DNA of 64,000 nt, from the IMG/VR virus record IMGVR_UViG_3300034013_000894; one strand, written 5' to 3'. Source of the DNA: an uncultured virus (IMG/VR IMGVR_UViG_3300034013_000894) (taxonomy: Duplodnaviria; Heunggongvirae; Uroviricota; Caudoviricetes). Below, piece by piece: positions 27,906 to 37,598 of the stretch. A program made the translations under genes and the position numbers. Below the pieces are notes generated by a model. The model had not been told where the DNA came from. It did no database searches and saw nothing but the letters and a program-made list of their open reading frames with translations. Numbering within the stretch: position 1 is the first letter of the stretch; each line of letters starts with the position of its first letter.

Positions 27906-29781
27906 AATCAGTGGGCACTACCTGCAGCACTGGCCTCTCCGGGGTGTTGTCCGCTTCCACTCCGCCAGCATGTGCTGCACGCTGCAAGCTCATCGAGCGG
28001 AGATAGTAAAGAGACTTGATGCCCATCTCCCAGGCCTTCCAGTGGAGCATCAGCAAGTCCCACTTGTCAACATCTGCGGGGATGAACAGGTTGAGGCTCT
28101 GTGACTGGCAAACGTGTGCCGCTCGGTCTGCCGCAAAGTCAAGCAACCATCGCTGATCGAGCTCAAAGCTCGTCTTGAACATGGCTCGCTCATGCTCGGA
28201 CAGGAAACCGAGGTGCTGCACCGAGCCGCCATGCTCGAGAATGCTATCCCACGTATGCTCCAGCAAGTCTTCCTTGGTCACATCTTCATCGTGGACGGCA
28301 TCAGCCAACCGAACTTGCAGCACCTTCTCAAGGTATGGATTTTTGACCACAAAAGACCCGTCGAGTGTCTTGTGGGTATAGACATTGGCTGGGATAGGGT
28401 CAATACCCGCAGATGCACCCCCGCAGATAATGGAGATGGATGCTGTGGGGGCAATAGCCATCTTGCAGGCAAAGCGTTGTGGCTTCGGACCGCTGCTTGT
28501 GGAAAAGGTTGCCCCGCGGTGGGCGTCAACCCAATCAGGGCAAGGACCCTTCTCAACAGCCAGCTTTTCACTGGCTGCATCGACCCGCGTCTTCAATTCT
28601 TTGAAGATATTGCGGTTCAAGGCCTTGGCCATGGCCGACTCTATAAGAACCCCACGCTTTTGCAGCATCGAGTGGAAGCCCATCACACCCAGGCCCACAG
28701 ACCGTTCACGGGTAGCTGAATAGACAGCCTTTCGCATCTCGAGAGGGGCTCGGTCGATGTAGTCCTGCAGCACATTGTCGAGGAACCGCATGACGTCCTC
28801 GACAAACTGAGGATGGTCTTTCCACTCGTCCCAGGTTTCAAGGTTCACCGACGACAAGCAGCAGACAGCCGTGCGGTCCTCACCCAGATGATCCTTCCCA
28901 GTGGGCAGAGTAATCTCGGCGCACAGGTTGCTGGTCGTAACCCGCAATCCAAGGTCCCGCTGCCAGGCCGGCATTGCACGGTTCACGGTGTCGGTGAACA
29001 CCAGATAGGGCTCACCCGTCTGGAGCCGTGTCTCCACGAGCCGGGCAAACAGCTCTCGGGCCGAAACGACCTTGCGGACGCTACCGTCCTTCGGGCTGCG
29101 AAGCTCCCAATCCCCACCGGACCGAACCCGCTCCATGAACGCATCAGGGATAAGCACTCCGTGATGCAGGTAAAGAGTCTTGCGGTTGAAATCCCCACTG
29201 GGCTTGCGAAGCTCCATGAACTCCTCAATCTCCGGATGCCCCACATCGAGATAGACCGCCGCAGCCCCACGGCGTTGAGACCCTTGGCTGATAGCCAGCG
29301 TGAGGTAGTTTTGCACCACCTGGAATGGCACACCCCCACTGGTCTTTCCAACCGCGCCAACAGGCTCACCGATCGACCGCACATTGCCCCAGTAGGTTCC
29401 GATCCCACCACCACGGGAAGCAAGCCACACATTCTCGACCCACGTCCCGACAATGCCTTCCAGGTCATCGGGCACCTCGTTGAGGTAGCAACTGATCGGC
29501 AAGCCCTTCACAGTTCCGCCATTCGACAAGACTGGAGTGGCCGGCATGAACCAGAGCTTGCTCATATAATCATAGAGCCGCTGTGCGTGGGCACTGTCAT
29601 CCGAATAAGCACAAGACACACGAGCAAACAGCTCTTGTGGCGTTTCATCTGGCAGAAGGTATCGCTCATGCAGGGTGGACCGGCCAAAGTCGGTCAGCCG
29701 AGTATTGCGCACATGATCGATTGCAATATCCCGCGTCGGCTCGTCGGCCCCTGGTGGGGTGTAATAGTAGTCTTGCATCAC
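27880..29781 (-). CDS. nrdA: ribonucleotide reductase class I alpha subunit
   Basis: PATPVLSN, LPISCYL, GGGIG, SNLCAEI, AIAPTAS, CQSQSLN, KSLYY, C-terminal CLACQ; no ATP cone. Confidence 0.95.
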   Translation of the reverse strand: MMQDYYYTPPGADEPTRDIAIDHVRNTRLTDFGRSTLHERYLLPDETPQELFARVSCAYSDDSAHAQRLYDYMSKLWFMPATPVLSNGGTVKGLPISCYLNEVPDDLEGIVGTWVENVWLASRGGGIGTYWGNVRSIGEPVGAVGKTSGGVPFQVVQNYLTLAISQGSQRRGAAAVYLDVGHPEIEEFMELRKPSGDFNRKTLYLHHGVLIPDAFMERVRSGGDWELRSPKDGSVRKVVSARELFARLVETRLQTGEPYLVFTDTVNRAMPAWQRDLGLRVTTSNLCAEITLPTGKDHLGEDRTAVCCLSSVNLETWDEWKDHPQFVEDVMRFLDNVLQDYIDRAPLEMRKAVYSATRERSVGLGVMGFHSMLQKRGVLIESAMAKALNRNIFKELKTRVDAASEKLAVEKGPCPDWVDAHRGATFSTSSGPKPQRFACKMAIAPTASISIICGGASAGIDPIPANVYTHKTLDGSFVVKNPYLEKVLQVRLADAVHDEDVTKEDLLEHTWDSILEHGGSVQHLGFLSEHERAMFKTSFELDQRWLLDFAADRAAHVCQSQSLNLFIPADVDKWDLLMLHWKAWEMGIKSLYYLRSMSLQRAAHAGGVEADNTPERPVLQVVPTDYEECLACQ

Positions 29782-30791
29782 TTCACCTTCTTATCAAACA
29801 TCGCCCATGTGGATTGCCAGTCACCGGTCGAGCTGGCCTTTGAATACTCCGTGGCACGGGTTTCAAAGAAGTTAGCCAGTTCAACACCGGACAGCAGCGG
29901 CTGAAGCCAGGGCAGTGGGTTCTTGCGCTGGTCAGTGGCAAACATGGGCCCTTCATAGGCAGAGCCACCCGTCTTGAACCCGAGCTGCATGAGTCGCCAG
30001 TCTGCAATGAAGCGGACATAGCGCTTCATGTCATCCGCAGTCAGGTTCTCCTGCGGTCCCATCTCGAAGGCGAGGTCAATGAAGGCATCCTCCATCTGCA
30101 CCACCTGCTCGCAGTGCGTCCAGAGCCGCTCACGAACCTCATCAGTATAGGCACCAGTCTCGTGGGCGAAGGTATGGAATAGCTTTATGATCCCCTCGCA
30201 GTGCAGGCTTTCATCCCGGACCGACCACGAGACGATTTGACCCATGCCCTTCATCTTGTTGTGCCGCGGGAAGTTCATCAGCATGGCGAACGAGGCAAAC
30301 AGCTGCAGCCCCTCAGAGAATGCCCCGAACATACCAAGAGTGGTCAGCACGTCAGCGTGGGTCTTCATCCCAAACTGGTCCATATAATCGTGCTTGTCCT
30401 TCATGGCCTTGTAGTCCATGAACTCGCTGTAGGTAGTCTCAGGCATACCCACGGTGTCAAGCAGGTGGCTGTAAGCCGCGACGTGGACGGTCTCCATGTT
30501 CTGGAAGGCCCCCAGCATCATCTTGACCTCGATGGGCTTAAACTTCCGAGCATAGCGCTCTTGATAGTTGTCCATGACGTCGACGTCCGCCTGTGTGAAG
30601 AAGCGGAAGATGTGGGTAAGAAAATGTCGCTCACTTGCAGTGAGCTTGTCCGCCCAGTCTTTGCAATCCTCACCAAGTGGGACTTCTTCAGGCAGCCAGT
30701 GCACTTGCTGCTGGCGCTTCCAAAACTCGTAGGCCCATGGGTAACGAAAAGGCTTGTAGCCTGTGGACGGGGTAAGTAGGCCTACGGCCAT
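29778..30791 (-). CDS. nrdB: ribonucleotide reductase class I beta subunit
   Basis: YKPFRYPWA, FFTQAD, ETVH..AYS, EGLQLF.SF, RDESLH, NFFE.R.TEY. Confidence 0.95.
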   Translation of the reverse strand: MAVGLLTPSTGYKPFRYPWAYEFWKRQQQVHWLPEEVPLGEDCKDWADKLTASERHFLTHIFRFFTQADVDVMDNYQERYARKFKPIEVKMMLGAFQNMETVHVAAYSHLLDTVGMPETTYSEFMDYKAMKDKHDYMDQFGMKTHADVLTTLGMFGAFSEGLQLFASFAMLMNFPRHNKMKGMGQIVSWSVRDESLHCEGIIKLFHTFAHETGAYTDEVRERLWTHCEQVVQMEDAFIDLAFEMGPQENLTADDMKRYVRFIADWRLMQLGFKTGGSAYEGPMFATDQRKNPLPWLQPLLSGVELANFFETRATEYSKASSTGDWQSTWAMFDKKVK

Positions 30792-30872
30792 ATGGGCGGT
30801 CTCCTGTGCGTTAGTGTTGAAGAACGCACAGAATGCCGTATCGGGTCAGTCTGGGTTACCGCCGCTTGAGGA

Positions 30873-31028
30873 TTAGCGGCACCAGAAGTAGTAGTCAGAT
30901 TGCAGCTGGCGGCGATGCTCTTCCTCGTCTCGGCATTCCTTGCAGGTGTCTTCCTCGTCGAGCTCATCCTCGTCTGCCTCGTGCCCACACCAATCGCAGG
31001 TGATAGGCTCGTCGTCCTCTTCATCCAT
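30873..31028 (-). CDS. small acidic CxxC-CxxC protein (51 aa, below the ORF-track cutoff)
   Basis: MDEEDDEPITCDWCGHEADEDELDEEDTCKECRDEEEHRRQLQSDYYFWCR*. Confidence 0.55.
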   Translation of the reverse strand: MDEEDDEPITCDWCGHEADEDELDEEDTCKECRDEEEHRRQLQSDYYFWCR

Positions 31029-31093
31029 CGATGATGTCTTTCTCAATCAGCAGGCGATAAATGTTCTGTTCATTCCGTCCCACGCAGCGCATA

Positions 31094-31639
31094 TCAAGCG
31101 GCCTTCTTCTTGGCAGAGGATCGGGGGCGGTATTGTGGCAGGTCTGGGAAGGGCAAACCTTCATCGACCGCATCACCCTTCATGTGCACATTATACCAAC
31201 GCAGGCAGGCGACAGAAGTGGACGCCTCAGGGAACTCATATCCCAGTATCTCGAGGATGCGTTGGTAGGTGAGGCCCATGGTGTAGCCGTCTTTGAGGAT
31301 CAACTCGCCGACCTCGTCACAGACCTTTTCGAGAAGAAGCTCGTGGCTACGCTCACGGATGGTGCGGCCGAGCCGAAGGTTCTGGCGCCGGATGCGTTCA
31401 ATCAATTGATCGCGAGTGGGCGCTTCTTCCAGACTGGCAATAGGCTCAAAAAGAAGCCCTGCAATTTTTTCATCATCGCCTTGGAACTTTTCTCGAACTT
31501 GAGCATTATATTCAGGACACTGCTTATTGTAGTGATCCAACAATTGCTGAGTTGTAGCAGACGTCTCCACCGGTTTACCCGGCAACTTTTTCTCTTCCAT
31601 ATGCAGATATTCCCCATAGAGCTCGGGAGACCGCCCCAT
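31094..31639 (-). CDS. hypothetical protein with 'EFPxAxTS' HTH-like domain
   Basis: GLTYQRILEILGYEFPEASTSVACLRWY. Confidence 0.65.
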   Translation of the reverse strand: MGRSPELYGEYLHMEEKKLPGKPVETSATTQQLLDHYNKQCPEYNAQVREKFQGDDEKIAGLLFEPIASLEEAPTRDQLIERIRRQNLRLGRTIRERSHELLLEKVCDEVGELILKDGYTMGLTYQRILEILGYEFPEASTSVACLRWYNVHMKGDAVDEGLPFPDLPQYRPRSSAKKKAA

Positions 31640-31733
31640 TGCGACCCCCTCTGTGTCTCAAGCTCTATGCCCCAGATGTCTGGAGAAGCGTCCCAACGTA
31701 AATAAGATTTTAGCGGATTGGACCACTATCCCG

Positions 31734-32189
31734 TTAAACAATGGGACCAGAAATACCTTGCCAAAGCTTATCGGCCTTGGCCAGACCATCCTCGAAGCCA
31801 GGCCAGCTAACTGCCTGCATAAAGCCGAGGGTCAATTTCATCCGCTCATCGTGGACTATAAGGGCTTCTCGACCGGGCACCAAAAAGTGTCTGCCCGTAG
31901 TATCTGACCCAGAATACCGCACCAGCAACCAGGATCGACCACCAGCTTGCCAGCGACGATACAGGGTGTAGGCCTGCTTTGCGTGGTAGTGGTCAAGAGA
32001 GAAGGAACCGTCTTTCTTGCGGATGCTTCGAGCCACCTTGAGCTCGACCAGAAAGGTGTTGGCGTTGATGCAGCCTTCTACATCGGGATAGCCACTTTCA
32101 GTGGACGTCTCTATGCGGTGGACGTCATGTGGCTGGCCGAGGGGCTTCAATCCTCGGCGCAGCCATGACCAGAGAGTAGCCTCTAACAT
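31734..32189 (-). CDS. PD-(D/E)XK nuclease (VRR-NUC / Holliday junction resolvase-like)
   Basis: E..LW...RIE....GYPDV...LVELK...Q......R..AGG. Confidence 0.75.
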   Translation of the reverse strand: MLEATLWSWLRRGLKPLGQPHDVHRIETSTESGYPDVEGCINANTFLVELKVARSIRKKDGSFSLDHYHAKQAYTLYRRWQAGGRSWLLVRYSGSDTTGRHFLVPGREALIVHDERMKLTLGFMQAVSWPGFEDGLAKADKLWQGISGPIV

Positions 32190-32629
32190 AACACATATTC
32201 CACACCATGGTCTTCCAGGAACTGCCTGGCCTCTTCGCATTCTTGCGTCCACCGGCTGCCGGGCTTTAAGCGGCGACAAACCACTCGGGCAATCCTGCGA
32301 GCATGCAGCTCAAGAGCGCACTGCAAGCAGGGCTGAGCTGTAACATAGGCTGTCCATCCCGCAACGTCGCAGTCGATGTTTGACAAGGCATTGCGTTCAG
32401 CATGCCTGCAGAACCGATCGCGGAAGACAGCCATGCTCTTACAGGCTTGCACCAAATCCTCGCTGGCATCACGAGGAAGCCCGGCATACCCAACGGACAT
32501 ACGCCTGCGATCCGGAGAGACGAGGAGGGCGGCTGCGCCACCCTCCTTGCCCGGTATGCTTGACCAGCTCAGAGGCTCGCCTTCGACAAGCCGCATGAAC
32601 CGAGCATCCCATTTAGTTGAGCAGGTCAT
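32183..32629 (-). CDS. dCMP deaminase-like protein
   Basis: KWD.RFM, GY.GLPR, HAE.NA, YVT..PC..C zinc motifs. Confidence 0.85.
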   Translation of the reverse strand: MTCSTKWDARFMRLVEGEPLSWSSIPGKEGGAAALLVSPDRRRMSVGYAGLPRDASEDLVQACKSMAVFRDRFCRHAERNALSNIDCDVAGWTAYVTAQPCLQCALELHARRIARVVCRRLKPGSRWTQECEEARQFLEDHGVEYVLC

Positions 32630-33489
32630 GCAACCACTTCCGGCCGACAAGAATACTCGGGCTGCTTCATAGCTGCAAACAGCAGCTTAACATTCAGCAC
32701 GTAGCCGTGCGGGTCGTCTTCAATCTGCTCCACGGACCAAGGCGGCAGCAAACGAGTATCAGTGGATGGCTCCGACTTGAGTGCTTCAAGGGCCATCTGT
32801 TCGTGGACATCATAGAGATGCGGGTGCGCCAGAGTGACTGACATGGTGCCAAGACCCTTCAGGCCACCAATCGAATTGGCAATTGCTTGCATAAGGAGAG
32901 CATGCCCCATCACGTCGTAAGGCAGACCCACGAACACATCGCTGGAGCGGATGAACATGGCAGAGTTGAGCCGGCCGTCCACAATCGACAATGTAAAGCC
33001 AAGTGGACACGGAACGTTCTTAGACGGCACGCCCAGCCCGTCACTGCCCGGGTCCCAGGCCATCACAACTACGCGGCGATCCGTAGAGTTGTTCTGCAAA
33101 GCTTTGATGGCCTTGGCTACCTGGTCTCGGCCAAAGTGTTCCCGCCAACGATGCCCGTAAGCGCCAGCGACGGTTGTCCCGTCCTCCTCCACGAACTTGT
33201 CCCAGATGGGCGCATACTCACGGATGAAGGAGACGTCTTTTGAGCCAAGCAGGAACCAGGCAACTTCAGCCGCGGCAGTCCGAGGGAAGGTCTTGCGGAT
33301 ACCACACAAAGGCAGCTGACCGTCGCGCAGGTCGAGATTGAAGTGGATGGGCACCGGGGAGGCAAAGATGACCGCCCCAGTTCGCTCATTCACTTCTTTG
33401 ATTGCGTGGCCTGACAACAGGCGCCAGAGCAAGGTCCGGTAAACCGCGTGGAAGTCGTCGGTTGCAGCAAAGGTGGCCGCGATGCTCAT
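32626..33489 (-). CDS. thymidylate-synthase-fold enzyme, predicted dCMP methylase/hydroxymethylase
   Basis: AYG.RWR, DQ, DRR, catalytic PC, RSSD..VGLPYD (Asp in place of the dUMP-specifying Asn), H.H.Y. Confidence 0.8.
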   Translation of the reverse strand: MSIAATFAATDDFHAVYRTLLWRLLSGHAIKEVNERTGAVIFASPVPIHFNLDLRDGQLPLCGIRKTFPRTAAAEVAWFLLGSKDVSFIREYAPIWDKFVEEDGTTVAGAYGHRWREHFGRDQVAKAIKALQNNSTDRRVVVMAWDPGSDGLGVPSKNVPCPLGFTLSIVDGRLNSAMFIRSSDVFVGLPYDVMGHALLMQAIANSIGGLKGLGTMSVTLAHPHLYDVHEQMALEALKSEPSTDTRLLPPWSVEQIEDDPHGYVLNVKLLFAAMKQPEYSCRPEVVA

Positions 33490-34448
33490 GCTAGGTTCTC
33501 CATCAGACGTTCAAGGTTGGCGGACAGGTTTTCAAGGGTCCCGTTGTTGTCCAGCACATGGTCCGCAAAGGTCGGCTCGATATTCATCGAGCTGCCCTGT
33601 TCCGGTGGCAGGCGATTTGAAGCATCCACCCAAATGGTCACGACGTTACCCAGCTGCTGGGCAGCAAAGAGCTCAGCACTGTCACGAATGCCCACATACA
33701 TATCGTGCTCAGCAAAGATTTCCCGGGCTAGGCGGGCCTTGTCGGGTATGCAATAGGCTTTGATACCTTCAAACCAGAAAGTCCGATGATCGCCCACGGC
33801 GGAGCTGCCGTGGCGATCCGCAAAACATTCAGCTGCATCCGCATAGACTGGAACCCCTTGGCTCAGCCACTTGGAAGCTTCGTATTCAAAAAGGGGCAGC
33901 ATGACCTTTTCGGCACAGAACAGGCTGGATGAGGTGAAGCGGTAGCCATACCGATCGCGCAGCATTTCAGCCACGGTATCCTTGCCGTGCCGGCCATGGC
34001 CAACCAGGATGATCCGCTTGCGCACCTGGGTGGCCTTGCCGGCGTCGGTCATACCTTCCTCGATCATAGCCGCAGCATGACGAACCAGGATGGCAGTATG
34101 ATCGGGGCCGCGCCAGCCTTCAGGCTTTACGGCGTCAAAGCCAGTGGAGAGAGGACGCTTTGGATTGCGGCCAGGCACACGATCCATATTGGCCCGCACC
34201 ACTTCAGCAAAGTGGTCAGGGAGAGAAGCGCCCATTTCAATAACGCGGCCAAGGGCGAGCCAGGCCAAATCGATGCAGGCGTCGATTTCATCCTCAAGGG
34301 TCTCAGCCTCAAGAAACTCTTTGTGCTCCTCATCCCAATGCTCGACAGCACTGAGCTTCTGCGCATGCGTCAATCGGGTGGGGGTCTGCGGGATAGGGAG
34401 CTGCACTACCTTGCGGTAGAACTGCTCTATTTGCTCGAATGGTTCCAC
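33486..34448 (-). CDS. MazG/PRA-PH-like dNTP pyrophosphatase fused to dNMP kinase
   Basis: N-terminal EE..EF...DA..DL....G...EV..ANM.R...KPEGW.GP; C-terminal P-loop GHGRHGKDT, YVGIR, D.VLDNNG. Confidence 0.8.
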   Translation of the reverse strand: MEPFEQIEQFYRKVVQLPIPQTPTRLTHAQKLSAVEHWDEEHKEFLEAETLEDEIDACIDLAWLALGRVIEMGASLPDHFAEVVRANMDRVPGRNPKRPLSTGFDAVKPEGWRGPDHTAILVRHAAAMIEEGMTDAGKATQVRKRIILVGHGRHGKDTVAEMLRDRYGYRFTSSSLFCAEKVMLPLFEYEASKWLSQGVPVYADAAECFADRHGSSAVGDHRTFWFEGIKAYCIPDKARLAREIFAEHDMYVGIRDSAELFAAQQLGNVVTIWVDASNRLPPEQGSSMNIEPTFADHVLDNNGTLENLSANLERLMENLA

Positions 34449-34541
34449 GTTCTGCTCCTTGAGGCAATCTGAGAGTTAACTCTCTGCCCCAAGGATTACA
34501 GAAGATAACCAAGTGTTATGACCACTGCTAAGTAGTAATGG

Positions 34542-34790
34542 TCAGGCCGGAGGGAAGGGATATTGCTCGCGCAGATGCTTGATGGCCCCGATCTTGGCGT
34601 CCAGCACACCCTCATATCGGATCACACACTTTTCGCGGGCTTTTTCAACCGCCTTCCAGTCGCTCAGCGTCAAAGCGGCGTCGAGTTCACTGTTGGCTGC
34701 TTCCAGCATCTGCAGAGCGGCCGTTACCTTGGCTCCTTCCTTCATTACTGCTTGAGTGGCGGCTACTGCGCCCGGGCTTGGATCGTTCAT
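34542..34790 (-). CDS. hypothetical protein
   Basis: AAGGAG RBS before ATG 34790; helical. Confidence 0.55.
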   Translation of the reverse strand: MNDPSPGAVAATQAVMKEGAKVTAALQMLEAANSELDAALTLSDWKAVEKAREKCVIRYEGVLDAKIGAIKHLREQYPFPPA

Positions 34791-34803
34791 ATTGCAAGTC
34801 TCC

Positions 34804-35571
34804 TTATTCAGCCCAAGGGTTGTCGCACCCGTTGGGCATGGTGATGATGGCCGCGTCATTCTTTAGCTCATAGCCAATGCCATGGTCTTTTTGCAGCAAA
34901 TAGAGCTGGCTCAGCACATTGGATCGACTGATGCCCATTTCTGCCATACACTCGCGAATGGACTTTGTTTCGGGCCAGAAGAATGCCAGCACCTGACCTT
35001 TGCGGCTTTCCTTCTTGACCGGCTTGCTGAGCCCACTGTCCGATACCTCTTTGCCTCCAGACACGCGATCAGCCTGGCCATCAGCGCGCTCAATAAGTGG
35101 CACAGGCAAGTCAAGCTTGCGCATGATAAGCGCGGCAGTGTCGAAGTCTTTCTGCGTCCAGCCATACTTGAGTATCTCGGCCCAACGACGTGGCAGGGCG
35201 TCACGATAGAAGGCGCGAGACAGTCCCAGGCACTCAATCTCTGTCTTTGTGCCGTTTCGGAGCTGGAATAGGTCGGGATGCTGTAGGCCCTGATATTCGA
35301 GAGAACCCCGGCTGACCTGCCAAGAGTCAAAATAGCTCATGGCAAACAAGGTCACCATCTTGGTCGGCTTTCCGCGATCGTCCACTTCTCGATCGAGAAC
35401 CAGACAAGTGCCCCAGCCGCAATGAGGTGGCTCGCGGACTTCGTGGCGGAACCCGCCACTGCCTCCGGGATTGGTGCCATAAAGCCACTGCAAAGCAGCC
35501 GCATAAAGGCCATCCGCCAGCATAGGCAGGCCTTTCAGGATTTCTTCCCTTGATTTACCCTGTTGTCGCAA
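34804..35571 (-). CDS. hypothetical protein with C-terminal HTH
   Basis: AAGGAGG RBS; KSIRECMAEMGISRSNVLSQL HTH-like segment. Confidence 0.6.
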   Translation of the reverse strand: MRQQGKSREEILKGLPMLADGLYAAALQWLYGTNPGGSGGFRHEVREPPHCGWGTCLVLDREVDDRGKPTKMVTLFAMSYFDSWQVSRGSLEYQGLQHPDLFQLRNGTKTEIECLGLSRAFYRDALPRRWAEILKYGWTQKDFDTAALIMRKLDLPVPLIERADGQADRVSGGKEVSDSGLSKPVKKESRKGQVLAFFWPETKSIRECMAEMGISRSNVLSQLYLLQKDHGIGYELKNDAAIITMPNGCDNPWAE

Positions 35572-35604
35572 GTGCAGCCTCCTTTATGTCCCGATCTTGA
35601 CCAA

Positions 35605-35633
35605 GCTATATCATATCTCTAACGTTTTGTAAA
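35605..35633 (-). promoter_or_regulatory. sigma70-type promoter
   Basis: TTTACA-N17-TATAGC. Confidence 0.6.
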
Positions 35634-35636
35634 TGG

Positions 35637-35674
35637 AAAAAAAAGGCGGAGAAGATTGGCTCTTCTCCGCCTTT
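35637..35674 (-). terminator. intrinsic terminator
   Basis: GGCGGAGAAGA-gccaa-TCTTCTCCGCC-TTTTTTTT on the minus strand. Confidence 0.8.
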
Positions 35675-35737
35675 CCGGCAGCCGCACAATGCGGGGTGGG
35701 GTAAAGCCCCGAGGAGACCGGCGGCCGCCTTGGGGGC

Positions 35738-36016
35738 TCAGCCCAGCGGGTCTTCGCCGCCCGCTTCACCAGCAGGTTCATTCGACTTCTTGGCTTCCCG
35801 GCCCGAGGGGATCGAGGCATCGGTTTTGCGCATCGAATTGCGATACCAGCTGATAGTCTGCAGGCCAGTCTTGCTGTCTGGGAACTCAGCCTTCACTGCA
35901 GCGAGGGCTTCTTCATTGCTTTTGCCAGCAGCGATCGCTTCGCGTGCGACGGTTCCAACGCCACGCTTCGGCGTCTTGGGGTCTTCCGCCGCAGCCGGCT
36001 TCGTTTCGTCACTCAT
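35738..36016 (-). CDS. small 'EFP' family DNA-binding-like protein
   Basis: GVGTVAREAIAAGKSNEEALAAVKAEFPDSKTGLQTISWYR; start ATG 36016 behind GGAG. Confidence 0.7.
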   Translation of the reverse strand: MSDETKPAAAEDPKTPKRGVGTVAREAIAAGKSNEEALAAVKAEFPDSKTGLQTISWYRNSMRKTDASIPSGREAKKSNEPAGEAGGEDPLG

Positions 36017-36109
36017 CGTCTTCTCCAATCTGTCAGTCCATGCTCTGGACTCCATCTTCCTAGATCAAGCAACCCAGCCAAGGAACCAGCGCAGAGCCCC
36101 GTCCCGCCA

Positions 36110-37594
36110 TCAATGCACGAGCTGCAAGAAACGACGCAGCCCAGCACCTGAGACCTCTTCTGACAGCTCATCCTTTTCAACCAAATCGAGCAACAACTGG
36201 TCATCTCCCGTGCCATCCGCCACAAGATCAGTGATGAACACTCGACCACCACCTTTTTGTGTGGCTCGCTCATCCGCCTGCTTGCGTTTGATGAGGTCAC
36301 CATCAAGATGGCTGAACCATACAATGTCATCTGCAATGGAAAAGTCCAGGCCCTGACCACAAGCTAGAGGCTGACCAATGAGGGGGCCAAAGCGCGGGTC
36401 ATTCATGAACCGGTCTTCATTGACCGCCCGCTGCTTCTTTGGCGTTCCGCCATAATAATCCACGGGCAAATAGTTGGCCCGCTTACAAGCACGCATCACG
36501 CGGACAATATCCTCGCGATAACGACAAAAGACGACAGTCTTGGGCCCGGTCAAGGCCAACTGCGACAGCAAGGCCTGGATGCGTGGGTTGTCTTCATCTT
36601 TGACAACCTCAACCACTTCACCCTCTTCATCCACATACCATCCACTGGCTATCTGTTGAAGCTGGTTCTTAAGGGCCCCACCTTCCTTGACGGGTATGAC
36701 CTCGCCGCCATCTAGTCGCGCCACAGCCTTCTGCACCAGTGCGTTATAGACCCGTTTCTGCTCCGGAGTCAGCTCGAAGCGCACTTCCTCACGGAGCAGC
36801 TCCGGCATGTCATCGCACTCAGAACGAAGCACGACGGACGTCATTTTTGCCATCGCCTCGGTCAGCTCGTCGAGATGCTGATAGCCGACAATCTGCATGA
36901 CCTGCACCCGTCGACCCTTGACGAACAAGGTCTGCAGCTCTTTCTGTGCGAAGTGGTCCTCAAAGGCCTGGTAGCTTGAATAGCCCAGTGCAGCCTCAAG
37001 GAGGCATTCATACTGGCTCCAGGCATGCAGAGGTGAATTGTCCGTGATTGTGCCAGACAGACCACGACGAACCACGGCTTTGGCCCTAAGCCGGCGTAGC
37101 TCTTTGGACCTCGCGGACTTAGGCCCGCGAACGTCGTGCGTCTCATCGATGATGAGCATATAGCGCTTGTGGCTATCAGTGAAGCGCTTGAGAAACTCGT
37201 TGAGGAACCGCTTCTGGTTGAAAGCCTCAAAGTTGACCATGAAAAAGTCAAGCGAGCCAGTTGGTTTGCAGAAGTTATCGAACCACCGAGCCCATGCAAC
37301 ATTGCGAGACTTTGAGGTGTCCCAGGCCAACGAACGATATTTGACCCCGTCCCAAATATGCTTCGGGACTTCCTTGCGTGCCCAGTTGAGGTGGACGTTA
37401 TTCGGGCCCGCGACGATAACCCCGTCGATCTTGCCTTCTTTGTAGAGATAGCAGGCGAGGTCGATCATCGCCTTGGTCTTGCCGGTCCGCATCTGCCAGC
37501 GCAGCATCCGCGCCTTGTCGTCCCGATGCTCCCATTCGCGGAGCTGGTGCTCCCACGCCGGTAGTTGGAAGTGGGAGCACCAATCTGTCGTCAC
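36110..37594 (-). CDS. SF2 (SNF2-like) helicase
   Basis: HQ Q-motif, MRTGKT, DETH, SGT, GQGLDF, QADER. Confidence 0.88.
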   Translation of the reverse strand: MTTDWCSHFQLPAWEHQLREWEHRDDKARMLRWQMRTGKTKAMIDLACYLYKEGKIDGVIVAGPNNVHLNWARKEVPKHIWDGVKYRSLAWDTSKSRNVAWARWFDNFCKPTGSLDFFMVNFEAFNQKRFLNEFLKRFTDSHKRYMLIIDETHDVRGPKSARSKELRRLRAKAVVRRGLSGTITDNSPLHAWSQYECLLEAALGYSSYQAFEDHFAQKELQTLFVKGRRVQVMQIVGYQHLDELTEAMAKMTSVVLRSECDDMPELLREEVRFELTPEQKRVYNALVQKAVARLDGGEVIPVKEGGALKNQLQQIASGWYVDEEGEVVEVVKDEDNPRIQALLSQLALTGPKTVVFCRYREDIVRVMRACKRANYLPVDYYGGTPKKQRAVNEDRFMNDPRFGPLIGQPLACGQGLDFSIADDIVWFSHLDGDLIKRKQADERATQKGGGRVFITDLVADGTGDDQLLLDLVEKDELSEEVSGAGLRRFLQLVH

Positions 37595-37598
37595 GTTA

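Noticed and set aside
32626..33489. Ordinary thyA, or a dUMP hydroxymethylase of hmU phages
   Set aside because: The specificity residue is Asp, not Asn, and no hmU-DNA kinase or transferase genes are recognisable.
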